From the NCBI GenBank assembly GCA_963816975.1, contig CAWFMD010000005.1, positions 144,518 to 208,517 of the forward strand: a stretch of 64,000 nt of DNA. The letters are read 5' to 3'. The number at the start of each line of letters is the position of its first letter. Positions within the stretch are counted from its first letter, which is position 1. Positions 17,427 through 30,235 of the stretch are shown here, piece by piece. A program made the translations under genes and the position numbers. Under the pieces are notes generated by a model. It saw only the letters and a list, made by a program, of their open reading frames with translations, did no database searches and was not told the origin of the DNA. This DNA comes from an uncultured Solirubrobacterales bacterium (lineage in GTDB: Bacteria > Actinomycetota > Thermoleophilia > Solirubrobacterales > JBBDJG01).

Positions 17427-19691
17427 TTGACCGAGACGCTCACCGCCCATCGCACCTGTCCGCTGTGCGAGGCGACGTGCGGGCTCGAGCTGACGCTGGA
17501 GGACGGCGCCATCACGTCCATCCGGGGTGACGCGGACGACGTCTTCAGCCACGGATTCATCTGCCCCAAGGGCTTCGCGCTGAAGGCCCTGCACGAGGAT
17601 CCGGACCGGATCCGATCCCCGCTGATCCGTACGCCGGCGGGCTTCGAGGAAGCGTCGTGGGACGAGGCGTTCGCCGAGATCGACCGGCGCCTGGGACCGT
17701 TGCTGGCAGAGCACGGTCGCGACGCGGCCGCCGTCTATCTGGGCAACCCGAACGCCCACAACCTGGACGCGCTGATCTACGGGCGGGCGTTGGTGAAGGC
17801 GCTCGGCACGCGCAACGTCTACTCGGCCACGACGGTCGATCAGATGCCGAAGCACGTCTCGGCGGGGCTGATGTTCGGCACCGCGCTCAGCATCCCGATC
17901 CCGGACGTCGATCGCACCGGCCATCTGCTGATGCTGGGCGCCAATCCCCTGGCGTCGAACGGCAGCCTGCTGACCGCGCCCGACATGCGCGGGCGCTTGC
18001 GCGGCATCCGCGAACGGGGCGGGAAGGTGGTCGTGATCGACCCCCGCCGCAGTCGTACCGCCGAGCATGCCGACGAGCACCACTTCATCCGGCCCGGGAC
18101 CGACGCTCACCTGCTGCTGGGCATCCTCAATGTGGTCGTCGGGGAAGACCTGACCGATCTCGGCACGGTCGCCGCGCATGTCGACGGGCTGGAGGAGGTG
18201 CAGGCGCTGGCGCGCGAGTTCCCGCCCGAGGTGGCGTCACAGGCGTGCGGTATCGACGCAGCGGAGATCCGCCGGATGGCACGCGAGTTGGCCGGCGCCG
18301 AGCGCGCCGCGGTCTATGGGCGGATCGGCACGTGCACGCAGGAGTTCGGCACCCTTGCGAGCTGGCTGGTCGACGTGCTGAACGTCGTCACCGGCAACCT
18401 CGATCGCCCCGGCGGGGCGATGTTCACGAAGGCGGCAGCGGGCTCCTCCAACACGCGCGGCACGCCGGGGCAGGGCAAGGGCATGCAGGTCGGGCGCTGG
18501 CACACCCGGGTGCGCGGCCTGCCCGAGGCACTCGGCGAGCTGCCCGTGGCGGGCCTCGCGGAGGAGATCGACACCCCGGGAGACGGCCAGGTGCGCGTGC
18601 TCTTCACGCTCGCGGGCAACCCCGTCGTGAGCACGCCGAACGCGGGTCGCATGCGCCGTGCGCTCGAGGGCCTGGACCTGATGGTGAGCCTCGACATCTA
18701 CGTGAACGAGACCACGCGCCACGCCGACGTGATCCTGCCGGCGCCGTCGCCGCTCTACCGCTCGCATTACGACCTGGCGCTCTACCAGCTCGCGGCGCGC
18801 AACATCGCGAACTACTCACCGGCCGTGCTCGACCTGGACGGCTCCCAGTTGGCGGAGTGGCAGACGCTGCTGCGCCTTGCCGGGATCGCCGCGGGCCAGG
18901 GCCCGGACGCCGACCTCGACGCCTTCGACGACCTCGTGCTCGGCGGTCTGGTCGCGCGTGACATTCAGGCTCCGGGATCGCCGCTCGCAGGCCGCGATGC
19001 CCAGGAGCTGATCGCGGCGCTCGAGCCGCGTCGCGGGCCGGAGCGGGTGCTGGACTGGATGCTGCGTGTGGGGCCGTACGGCGACCGCTTCGGTGACGAT
19101 CCGGGTGGGTTGACGCTCGCGCAGCTCGAAGCCGCGCCGCACGGGATCGACTTCGGACCGCTGCAGCCCCGCATCCCTGAGGTCCTGCGCACGGCCAGCG
19201 GGAAGATCGAGCTGGCGCCGGAGCCGATCGTGGCCGACCTCGACCGGCTGCGGGCATCGCTGGCCCGCCACCGCAACGGCGACATCGTGCTGATCGGCCG
19301 GCGGCAGCTGCGCTCGAACAACTCCTGGATGCACAACGTGCCGAACCTGGTGCGGGGCAAGGACCGCTGCACCGTGCACGTGCACCCGCAGGATGCAGAG
19401 CGCCTCGGCCTCACCGACGGCGGCCTTGCCAGCGTGACCTCCGGGCGGGGAGAGGTGGAGGTGACCGTCGAGGTGACCGACGCGATCATGCCGGGCGTGG
19501 TCAGCATCCCCCACGGCTGGGGCCACGACGATCCCGAGGCCCAGCTCGCGGTGGCGGCCGCCCATCCCGGCGCCAACAGCAACCTCCTGGCCGACGAGAT
19601 GGCGGTCGACGTCCCCTCCGGCAACGCCGTCCTGAACGGCATCCCGGTGGAGCTCGCTCCGGTGCGGGCCGCCACGCCCGCGGCCGTCTGA
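17427..19691 (+). CDS. molybdopterin-dependent oxidoreductase (MopB superfamily, N-terminal 4Fe-4S domain)
   Basis: 754-aa ORF with the Cys cluster CPLCEATCG...ICPKG at the N-terminus and a molybdopterin-dinucleotide-binding-type C-terminus (GEVEVTVEVTDAIMPGVVSIPHGWG). Confidence 0.85.
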   Translation: MTETLTAHRTCPLCEATCGLELTLEDGAITSIRGDADDVFSHGFICPKGFALKALHEDPDRIRSPLIRTPAGFEEASWDEAFAEIDRRLGPLLAEHGRDAAAVYLGNPNAHNLDALIYGRALVKALGTRNVYSATTVDQMPKHVSAGLMFGTALSIPIPDVDRTGHLLMLGANPLASNGSLLTAPDMRGRLRGIRERGGKVVVIDPRRSRTAEHADEHHFIRPGTDAHLLLGILNVVVGEDLTDLGTVAAHVDGLEEVQALAREFPPEVASQACGIDAAEIRRMARELAGAERAAVYGRIGTCTQEFGTLASWLVDVLNVVTGNLDRPGGAMFTKAAAGSSNTRGTPGQGKGMQVGRWHTRVRGLPEALGELPVAGLAEEIDTPGDGQVRVLFTLAGNPVVSTPNAGRMRRALEGLDLMVSLDIYVNETTRHADVILPAPSPLYRSHYDLALYQLAARNIANYSPAVLDLDGSQLAEWQTLLRLAGIAAGQGPDADLDAFDDLVLGGLVARDIQAPGSPLAGRDAQELIAALEPRRGPERVLDWMLRVGPYGDRFGDDPGGLTLAQLEAAPHGIDFGPLQPRIPEVLRTASGKIELAPEPIVADLDRLRASLARHRNGDIVLIGRRQLRSNNSWMHNVPNLVRGKDRCTVHVHPQDAERLGLTDGGLASVTSGRGEVEVTVEVTDAIMPGVVSIPHGWGHDDPEAQLAVAAAHPGANSNLLADEMAVDVPSGNAVLNGIPVELAPVRAATPAAV

Positions 19692-19730
19692 ACCCGCTGC
19701 GCTGACTGCCGGCGCGGTCGCTGTGCGCGA

Positions 19731-19803
19731 CGCGCGCAGCAGGATTCGAACCTGCGACCTCTGGCTCCGGAGGCCAGCGCTCTATCCACTGAGCTATGCG
19801 CGC
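19731..19803 (-). tRNA. tRNA-Arg (anticodon CCG)
   Basis: The reverse complement folds as a cloverleaf: GCGCGCA-TA-GCTCAGTGGATAGAGC-G-CTGGC-CTCCGGA-GCCAG-AGGTC-GCAGG-TTCGAAT-CCTGC-TGCGCGC-G. The CCA end is not encoded. Confidence 0.95.
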
Positions 19804-19848
19804 TCGCCGGCGATTCTAGATGGACCGCGCTTCGGCGATACTCGCGGC

Positions 19849-19917
19849 GTGTCGCAGGAGCACGTCGGGTTGGTGCGGCAGGGCCTCGCGGCCTTCAACC
19901 GCGGGGAGTGGACCGGT
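19849..19917 (+). pseudogene. possible remnant of a second SnoaL/NTF2-like gene (N-terminal ~23 codons only)
   Basis: VSQEHVGLVRQGLAAFNRGEWTG resembles the N-terminus of NTF2-like proteins. Downstream the frame degenerates into sequence antisense to the intact SnoaL-like gene. GATACT lies 7 nt upstream of the GTG. Confidence 0.25.
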
Positions 19918-20015
19918 TCTCGTTGCTGCCGGCGCCGGACGCCTGAACTTTGGCGCCTGGGGTCCGCCATGCGGGCCCGAAACGCCATGGTTCGACTACC
20001 GAGCGGCCTGCGGCC

Positions 20016-20435
20016 TCATCCCGGGCCTTGCGCGGCACGCGCCGCCTCTTCCGCCTCTGCCGCGTCGTGGAACCACTGCATGCGGACCAGCTTGCCGTCG
20101 CGCACCGTCCACAGGTGCTGCTCGACGACGCTGACGCTTGCCCCGCTGTCGCGGCCGCGAGCGTGGAACACGGCGTGGACCAGGATGCGCTCACCCAGAT
20201 CGACGAAGTCCTCCAACTGGTGGTGCTGTTCGGCGAACGACGCGTCGAGGTTCGCCAATGCCTGGCGAAATCCGTCGTGCCCGTGGCGGATCCCGGGATC
20301 GACGGCGTAGTCGGGGTTGACGAACTCGAACTCCGGATCGAGCACCGCGAGGACCTCTTCGTGCGCCGGTCTGTCCCAGGCCTCATACAGGCGGCGCAGC
20401 AGGCGGATGTTGTCGCTCTCCTGCCCGTGGGTCAT
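20016..20435 (-). CDS. SnoaL-like / nuclear transport factor 2 family protein
   Basis: 139-aa ORF with the typical pattern NIRLLRRLYEAWDR...DPEFEFV...W.VRDGKLVRMQWF. Confidence 0.75.
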   Translation of the reverse strand: MTHGQESDNIRLLRRLYEAWDRPAHEEVLAVLDPEFEFVNPDYAVDPGIRHGHDGFRQALANLDASFAEQHHQLEDFVDLGERILVHAVFHARGRDSGASVSVVEQHLWTVRDGKLVRMQWFHDAAEAEEAARAAQGPG

Positions 20436-20465
20436 CGCGGCGCATTATTGCGGGGCCGAGTCCGC

Positions 20466-20471
20466 GAATAT
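20466..20471 (+). promoter_or_regulatory. -10-like hexamer GAATAT, 7 nt upstream of rnz ATG (leaderless-type)
   Basis: An AT-rich hexamer in a GC-rich context, with no well-spaced SD before ATG 20479. Confidence 0.35.
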
Positions 20472-20478
20472 AGGGGAC

Positions 20479-21462
20479 ATGGACCTCTCCGTCCTCTTTC
20501 TCGGCACCGCCGGCTCGATGCCGACCGTGCAGCGTGCGCCGGCGAGCCTGTTCGTGCGGCGCGGGGGCGAGCGCATCCTGGTCGACTGCGGCGAGGGCAC
20601 ACAGCGCCAGCTGTTGCGCAGCATCGGGCTGCCCGACATCGAGCACATCTTCCTGACGCACTACCACGCCGATCACTTCCTCGGGCTGCCCGGGATGCTG
20701 AAGACCTTCGGGCTGCGGGGGCGCACGGCGCCGCTCACCATCTACGGGCCGCGCGGGCTGCAGTCGCTGATGGCCGATCTGCGGCGGGTCTACGGCAAGC
20801 TCCCCTATGAGGTCCGCCTGGCTGAGCTCGAGCCCAGCCAGGCGGTGCCGTTCGACGGTTTCCAGGTGGGCGCCTACGGCGCCGTGCACCGCCTCGAGGC
20901 GCTCGGGTACGCGCTGTTCGAGGAGCAGCGGCCGGGGCGCTTCGACCTCGCCCGCGCGCGGGACCTGGGCGTGCCCGAAGGCCCCGCGTTCGGCCGCCTC
21001 CAACGCGGCGAGCCCGTCGAGGCGGGCGGACGCACGATCGCCCCGGACGAGGTGATCGGGGAGGCGCGCCCGGGGCGCACGCTGGTCTTCACCGGCGACA
21101 CCGAGCCCTGCGACGCGACCGTTGCGGTTGCGACCGGCGCCCAGCTGCTGGTGCACGACAGCACGTTCGCGGAGGAGGAGTCCGCGCGGGCCCGCCAGAC
21201 CGGCCATTCGACGGCGCGCCAGGCAGCCGAGGTGGCACGCGACGCCGGCGTCTCGCTGCTGGCGCTCACACACCTGTCGTCGCGCTATTTCGCTCCGGTG
21301 ATCGAGCAGGAGGCGCGCGCGGTGTTCGAGCGCACGGTCGTGCCGCGCGACTTCGACGTGGTCGAGGTGCCCTATCCGGACTCCGGCCGCGAGCCGGAGC
21401 TGATCCGCTGGAAGGAATACAAGGAGCGTGCGGAAAAGGAAGCAGTCGCGCAGACTCCGTAG
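20479..21462 (+). CDS. rnz: ribonuclease Z
   Basis: MDLSVLFLGTAGSMPT...VDCGEGTQRQL...LTHYHADHFLG is an MBL HxHxDH motif in the RNase Z arrangement. The start is set at ATG 20479, not the track's 20317. Confidence 0.9.
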   Translation: MDLSVLFLGTAGSMPTVQRAPASLFVRRGGERILVDCGEGTQRQLLRSIGLPDIEHIFLTHYHADHFLGLPGMLKTFGLRGRTAPLTIYGPRGLQSLMADLRRVYGKLPYEVRLAELEPSQAVPFDGFQVGAYGAVHRLEALGYALFEEQRPGRFDLARARDLGVPEGPAFGRLQRGEPVEAGGRTIAPDEVIGEARPGRTLVFTGDTEPCDATVAVATGAQLLVHDSTFAEEESARARQTGHSTARQAAEVARDAGVSLLALTHLSSRYFAPVIEQEARAVFERTVVPRDFDVVEVPYPDSGREPELIRWKEYKERAEKEAVAQTP

Positions 21463-21486
21463 CCGGGCGGCGTCACGCGCCGTTGC

Positions 21487-21492
21487 TACACT
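21487..21492 (+). promoter_or_regulatory. -10-like hexamer TACACT upstream of the pyr leader
   Basis: A TANNNT hexamer. The predicted transcription start falls about at the 5' edge of the PyrR-binding hairpin. Confidence 0.35.
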
Positions 21493-21499
21493 CGCGCAG

Positions 21500-21538
21500 T
21501 CGGTTCCTTTAACCCGGTCCGGAGAGGCCAGGAAGGAT
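21500..21538 (+). promoter_or_regulatory. PyrR-binding RNA hairpin overlapping the pyrR ribosome-binding site
   Basis: GGTTCCTTTAACCCGGTCCGGAGAGGCCAGGAAGG contains the PyrR loop consensus (UCCxGAGAGGC, with UUUAA upstream). Its 3' arm GGAAGGA is the SD for TTG 21544. Confidence 0.6.
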
Positions 21539-21543
21539 CACGC

Positions 21544-22146
21544 TTGGAGAGCACGGGCATCGTCCTGGACAGGGACGACCTTCGTAGAGCGCTCGTACGC
21601 ATCGCCCACGAGATCGTGGAGGGCAACGCCGATGGCGTCCCCCTGGCCCTCGTGGGGATCCACACCCGCGGCGCGCTGATGGCCCGCCGCCTGCGCGCCC
21701 TGATCGAAGAGCTCTCCGGCACTCCGGTTCCGCTGGGCGAGGTCGACATCACGTTCTACCGCGACGACGTCGGGTCGCGGCCGATCAGCGACGCGCCGGT
21801 CGTGCACTCCTCGCGAATCGACTTCCCGCTCGAGGGGACCACGGTGGTGCTGGTGGACGACGTGCTCTATACCGGGCGCACGGTGCGCGCGGCGATCGAC
21901 TCGCTGTTCGACTACGGGCGACCGGACCGGGTACGGCTCGCCGTGCTGGTCGACCGCGGCCACCGCGAGCTGCCGATCCGCCCTGACTACGTCGGCAAGA
22001 ACCTGCCGACCTCGCGGGACCAACGCGTGCACGTGCGCCTCGAAGAAAACGATGGCGTGGACGAGATCGAGATACGGCCGACAGTCGGTAAGCCGGCTGC
22101 CGGGTTTGCCGAGGGCTCGAGTTCCCTGACTACGGAGGCCGAATGA
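21544..22146 (+). CDS. pyrR: bifunctional pyr operon regulator / uracil phosphoribosyltransferase PyrR
   Basis: 200-aa ORF with the PRPP-binding loop [17 protein letters not shown], sitting first in the pyr operon. Confidence 0.95.
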   Translation: MESTGIVLDRDDLRRALVRIAHEIVEGNADGVPLALVGIHTRGALMARRLRALIEELSGTPVPLGEVDITFYRDDVGSRPISDAPVVHSSRIDFPLEGTTVVLVDDVLYTGRTVRAAIDSLFDYGRPDRVRLAVLVDRGHRELPIRPDYVGKNLPTSRDQRVHVRLEENDGVDEIEIRPTVGKPAAGFAEGSSSLTTEAE

Positions 22147-23099
22147 AGCACCTGCTGTCGATCGCCGACCTTTCCCGCTCCGACATCGAGCGCGTGATGA
22201 CCGTCGCGGAGAGCTTCGCGGAAGTGGTGGAGCGCGACATCAAGAAGGTGCCGACCTTGCGCGGTCGGACCGTGGTGAACCTGTTCTACGAGGCGAGCAC
22301 CCGGACCAGCTCCTCCTTCGAGCTGGCCGCGAAGCGGCTGTCGGCGGACGTGGTCAGCGTCCGCTCCTCGGGGTCGAGCGTCGACAAGGGAGAGTCCCTG
22401 CGGGACACGATCGCGACGCTGTCGGCCTACGACCCCGCGGCGATCGTGATCCGGGCGCCCTGGGCGGGTGCGGCCGACCTCGTCGCGCGCCAGACCTCGG
22501 CGTCGGTGGTGAATGCGGGCGACGGCAAGCACGAGCACCCGAGCCAGGCGCTGCTCGACGTGTTCACGCTGCGCCGTCGGCTGGGCTCGCTCGACGGAGC
22601 CTCGATCTGGATCGTGGGCGATGTCCTGCACAGCCGCGTGGCGCGCTCGAACATCCATGCCTTCACGCGCATGGGTGCGCAGGTCACGGTGTGCGGCCCG
22701 CCGACCCTGATCCCTCGCGGCGTGGAGAGCCTCGGATGCGATGTGCGCTACGACCTCGCCGAAGTGGCCGTCGCCGACGTCGTCTACGCGCTGCGGATGC
22801 AGAACGAGCGCATGGGTGACGCGGATTCGTTCGTGCCCTCGCTGCGCGAGTACATCTCCAACTACCAGATCGACAGCCGCCGGCTGCACCCGCGCCAGCT
22901 GCTGATGCACCCCGGACCGGTGAACCGCGGCGTCGAGCTGTCCGCGGAGGTGATCGAGTCGCCCCAGGCGCTGATCGTCGATCAGGTCGCCGCCGGGCTG
23001 GTCGTGCGGATGGCGATCCTCTACGAGCTGCTGACGGGCAGCGGCCGCGACGGCACCCCCACGGGTGTGCCCACGCCGCCCGTGGAGCAGCCCGCGTGA
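22143..23099 (+). CDS. pyrB: aspartate carbamoyltransferase catalytic subunit
   Basis: Motifs STRTSSSFE, HPSQALLD and HPGPVNRG. Its start overlaps the pyrR stop (ATGA). Confidence 0.95.
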   Translation: MKHLLSIADLSRSDIERVMTVAESFAEVVERDIKKVPTLRGRTVVNLFYEASTRTSSSFELAAKRLSADVVSVRSSGSSVDKGESLRDTIATLSAYDPAAIVIRAPWAGAADLVARQTSASVVNAGDGKHEHPSQALLDVFTLRRRLGSLDGASIWIVGDVLHSRVARSNIHAFTRMGAQVTVCGPPTLIPRGVESLGCDVRYDLAEVAVADVVYALRMQNERMGDADSFVPSLREYISNYQIDSRRLHPRQLLMHPGPVNRGVELSAEVIESPQALIVDQVAAGLVVRMAILYELLTGSGRDGTPTGVPTPPVEQPA

Positions 23100-24487
23100 G
23101 CGCCGCCCGGTTCCCCCGTGTGCGGCTCTGTGCGCGGCCCGCCGATCCGGCGACGCTGCTGATCCGGGGCGCCCGCCTGCTCGACCCGCGCGCCGGCCTC
23201 GACGGCGCCCACGACCTGCTGATCCGCGACGGGGTGATCGCCGAGCTCGGCGCACCCGGCGCGCTCGACACCCCGCAGGGCGGCGAGCTGGTCGAGGGTG
23301 AGGGACAGGTCGTGCTCCCCGGCTTCGTCGACCCCCACGTGCATCTGCGGACGCCGGGGCGGGAGGACGAGGAGGATCTCGAGTCGGGGTCCCGCGCGGC
23401 CGCCGCGGGGGGCTTCTGCCGCATCCTCGCGATGCCGAACACCGAACCGGTCGTGGACTCCGCCTCCGTGCTGCGCTCCCTCCAGGAGCGGGCTTCGATG
23501 GAGGCCGTGGTGCCGGTCGGCTTCCTGGCCGCGATCACGAAGGGCCAGCGGGGCGCCGAGCTGACCGAGATGATGGAGCTGGCGCGCGAAGGCGCGGCCG
23601 GCTTCAGCGACGACGGGTTCCCGGTGGTCGACGCCCGCCGCCTGCGCCAGGCACTCCAGTACCAGCGGCTGGCCGGCGGGGTGCTGGCCCTGCACGAGGA
23701 GGACCCTGCGCTGTCGGGCCACGGCGCAATGCACGAGGGTGCGATCTCCACGGTCCTGGGGCTCGACGGGATTCCCTCGATCTCCGAGAGCACGATGGTC
23801 GAGCGCGACTCCGAGATCGCGCGCTACGAAGACGGGACCATCCACATCCTGCACGTCTCCGCGGCCGAGTCCGTGGCCGCCGTGGAGCGGGCGCGGGCGG
23901 CCGGCGTGCGCATCACGGCGGAGGTGACGCCGCACCACCTGGTGCTGACCGACGAGGCGGTGACCTCGCTCGACTCGCGTTTCAAGATGAATCCGCCCTT
24001 GCGCTCGGCGGCCGACCGCGAAGCGCTGATCGCGGGCCTGCGCTCCGGCGCGATCGACTGCGTCGCAACCGACCACGCGCCCCATTCCAGGGAGGAGAAG
24101 GAGGCGCCGTTCGAGGAGGCCCCGATGGGCGTCACCGGCCTCGAGACGGCATTCGCCGTGCTGTACACGGATCTCGTGCAGCCCGGCGTGCTGACACTCG
24201 GCCTGCTGGTCGAGCGGCTGACGGCCGGCGGCGGCCCCTACGGCCTCGGCCCGCCCGCGCTGGAGCAGGGTGCGCCGGCGAACCTGTGCCTGATCGACCT
24301 CGATGCCCGCTGGACCGTGGGCGAGGCCGGATACGAGTCGCGCTCGGAGAACTCCTGCTTCGCGGGCCGCGTGCTCCAGGGCCGGGTCCTGATGACGCTC
24401 GCCGGAGGAGCGGTGGCCTACCGCGAACGCGGCTTTTCGATCCGGCTGGCGGCCGATCCGGGCGTGCGCGCCGGCGAGAGCGCGTGA
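23096..24487 (+). CDS. pyrC: dihydroorotase
   Basis: PGFVDPHVHLR metal site and DHAPH later in the protein. Its start overlaps the pyrB stop. Confidence 0.9.
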   Translation: MSAARFPRVRLCARPADPATLLIRGARLLDPRAGLDGAHDLLIRDGVIAELGAPGALDTPQGGELVEGEGQVVLPGFVDPHVHLRTPGREDEEDLESGSRAAAAGGFCRILAMPNTEPVVDSASVLRSLQERASMEAVVPVGFLAAITKGQRGAELTEMMELAREGAAGFSDDGFPVVDARRLRQALQYQRLAGGVLALHEEDPALSGHGAMHEGAISTVLGLDGIPSISESTMVERDSEIARYEDGTIHILHVSAAESVAAVERARAAGVRITAEVTPHHLVLTDEAVTSLDSRFKMNPPLRSAADREALIAGLRSGAIDCVATDHAPHSREEKEAPFEEAPMGVTGLETAFAVLYTDLVQPGVLTLGLLVERLTAGGGPYGLGPPALEQGAPANLCLIDLDARWTVGEAGYESRSENSCFAGRVLQGRVLMTLAGGAVAYRERGFSIRLAADPGVRAGESA

Positions 24488-25026
24488 AGCTCGACCGCGC
24501 GCGCGCGGCGCTCGTGGTCGTGGACGTCCAGGAGGCGTTCCGCCGGGCTGTGCTCGACTTCGAGCAGGTCGCGGCGAGCGTGTCGGTGCTGGTCCGCGGC
24601 GCGCGCGTGCTGGGCCTGCCCGCGCTCGTCACCGAGCAGTACCCCGACGGGCTCGGTCACACGGTCCCGGAGATCGCCGAGCATCTCGCCGGCGTGGAGC
24701 CGATCGTGAAGGTCTGCTTCAGCGCGGTGCAGGCCGACGGCTTCTCCCGCGCGCTGCAGGCCACGCGCTGCGACCAGGTGCTGCTGTGTGGCATCGAGGC
24801 CCACGTGTGCGTGAATCAGACGGCCGAGGACCTGCTCGCCGAAGGGGTCGAGGTGCACGTCGTCCAGGACGCTGTCAGCTCGCGCACCGCCGCCAACCGG
24901 GCGCTCGGCCTGCACAAGATGGAGCGCGCGGGCGCCACGGTGACGAGTGTCGAGACCGCGTTGTTCGAGTTGCTGCGACAGGCCGGCACTCCCGAGTTCA
25001 AGGAAGTGCAGGCGCTGGTCAAGTGA
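24484..25026 (+). CDS. isochorismatase-family hydrolase
   Basis: ALVVVDVQEAF...LLCGIEAHVCVNQTA is the cysteine-hydrolase fold signature. The GTG start overlaps the pyrC stop (GTGA). Confidence 0.8.
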   Translation: MKLDRARAALVVVDVQEAFRRAVLDFEQVAASVSVLVRGARVLGLPALVTEQYPDGLGHTVPEIAEHLAGVEPIVKVCFSAVQADGFSRALQATRCDQVLLCGIEAHVCVNQTAEDLLAEGVEVHVVQDAVSSRTAANRALGLHKMERAGATVTSVETALFELLRQAGTPEFKEVQALVK

Positions 25027-25078
25027 AACGGCGATTCTTTAGCCAGAATCGCCGGTCTCCGGCGGAACGGAGCAGCAG

Positions 25079-26189
25079 ATGACCGCCGCTTACGTCCTGC
25101 TCGAGGACGGGACCCGCCTCGACGGCGAGGCGGTGGGTGCAACCGGCCCCGCGCTCGGCGAGGTCGTGTTCAACACGGCCATGACCGGCTACCAGGAGGC
25201 GGTCACCGATCCCTCCTACGCCGGCCAGGTGATCACCTTCACCTATCCGCTGATCGGGAACTACGGCGCTTGGGCGGACGTCGGTGAGTCGGATCGCCCG
25301 CACGCGCGCGCGGTCATCATGCGGGAGGCGATCGAGGCGGCGCCGCCGGGGTCGGAGGGTTCCTGGCCGGCGTGGCTCGCCCGGCACGGCGTCGCGGGCG
25401 TGAGCGGGGTCGACACCCGCGGGCTGGTGCGGCACATCCGCGACCAGGGCGCGATGCGGGGCGGCGTCTTTCCCGGCGACACGCCGGTCGCCGAGGCGCG
25501 CGGCCTGATCGAGCGGGAGCCCTCGATGCTGGGCCTCGACCTGGCGCGCGAGGTCACACCGGGCGCGCCGCTCGTCGTGGGCGCGGGCGGCGCCGGCCCC
25601 CGCGTGGCCGCCCTGGACACGGGCATCAAGTCGTCGATCGTGCGCAACCTCGAGCAGCGCGGGGTGCGGCTCACGCTGCTGCCCTGCACGACCTCCGCGG
25701 CGGAGGTGCGCGACCACGATCCCGACGCCGTGTTCCTGGCCAACGGCCCCGGTGACCCGGCAGCGCTCGACTACGTGGTCGCGACCGTGCGGGAGCTGGT
25801 CGGGGAGGTCCCCGTCTTCGGCATCTGCCTCGGCCACCAGCTGCTGTGCCGGGCGGTCGGCCTGGAGACCTTCAAGCTGCGCTTCGGCCACCGCGGCGCG
25901 AATCACCCGGTCAAGGATCTCGACACCGGCAAGATCGAGATCACGGCTCAGAACCACGGTTTCGCCGTGGTCGGGCCGGGGGGTGAGCACACCGTCGAGG
26001 GCGACGAGCCGGTCCGCTGGGAGACCGACTTCGGCGCCGCCGAGCTGTCGCACGTGAACCTCTACGACCGCACGGTCGAGGGGCTGGTCCTGAAGGACGT
26101 CCCGGGCGCGTGCGTGCAGTACCACCCGGAGGCCGGGCCGGGCCCCCACGACTCCCTGTATCTGTTCGACCGCTTCCTGAACCTGATCA

Positions 26190-26197
<8 letters not shown>
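25079..26197 (+). CDS. carA: carbamoyl-phosphate synthase small (glutaminase) subunit
   Basis: N-terminal region [13 protein letters not shown], and GICLGHQLL, the catalytic Cys of a class-I amidotransferase. Confidence 0.95.
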
Positions 26198-29401
<3,204 letters not shown>

Positions 29402-29405
<4 letters not shown>

Positions 29406-30235
29406 GCGTCGAGCTCGAACCGGGCCTCGCCGCGCCCGAACACGGCCCACGCACCCTCGCGCCGTTCGGCCGCCGCACATGCGCGGTGGTGGGCAACGAG
29501 CGGATCGGGCCCTACGACCTGATCGCCCTCCACGACGAGACCGGCCCGGCCCCGCTGGCCGGCCAGTTCTACATGCTGTGCACGACGCGCGGCTGGGGCG
29601 GACCCGGCGGTCGCCCGCACGTCGGCAGGGCGTTCTCCGTGTGCCGTGCGCGGGAGGGCCGGCTCGAGTTCCTCCTGGAGGCGATCGGCCCCGGCACGCA
29701 GCGGCTCGGCCGGCTCGCTCCGGGTGAGGACGCCTGGGTGGTCGGCCCGCTCGGCATCGGCTTCCGCGAACCTGCGCCCGGCGTGCGCCCGCTGCTGGTG
29801 GGCGGCGGCATCGGCATCGCGCCCCTCGTGATCTGGGCGGAGGCGCTGCGCGCCGCCGGAGTGCCGGCGCCGGCGCTGCTGGGGTTTCGCGACGGCGCCT
29901 GCGCCGAGGCTGCGTCCTTGCTCGGGGGCGAGACCGTGGTGGCGACCGATGACGGCACTGGCCCCGGCCACCACGGCCTGGTCACCGATCTGCTCGAGCA
30001 GCGCCTGTCGCCCGGCGACGAGGTCTATGCGTGCGGGCCCCCGCCGATGCTCGAGGCCGTGCGACGGATCTGTGCGGCGCGCTCCGTTCCGGGCCAGTTG
30101 GCGCTGGAGGCCGGCATGGCCTGCGGGTTCGGGGCCTGCTACGGCTGCGTGGTGCGCACCCGGCACGGCTACCGGCGGCTCTGCGTGGACGGTCCCGTGG
30201 TGCCGGCGGCGGATCTCGCCGAGGGCTGGGAATGA
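29402..30235 (+). CDS. pyrK: dihydroorotate dehydrogenase (class 1B) electron-transfer subunit
   Basis: FAD/NAD-binding fold ([19 protein letters not shown]) and a C-terminal 2Fe-2S Cys cluster ([13 protein letters not shown]...C). The GTG start overlaps the carB stop. Confidence 0.9.

Noticed and set aside
19692-20015. The tRNA-Arg flank as a possible integration site for a mobile element
   Set aside because: There is no integrase, no repeat of the tRNA 3' end, and the neighbouring genes have host-like composition. Only 39 nt separate the tRNA 3' end from the oxidoreductase stop.
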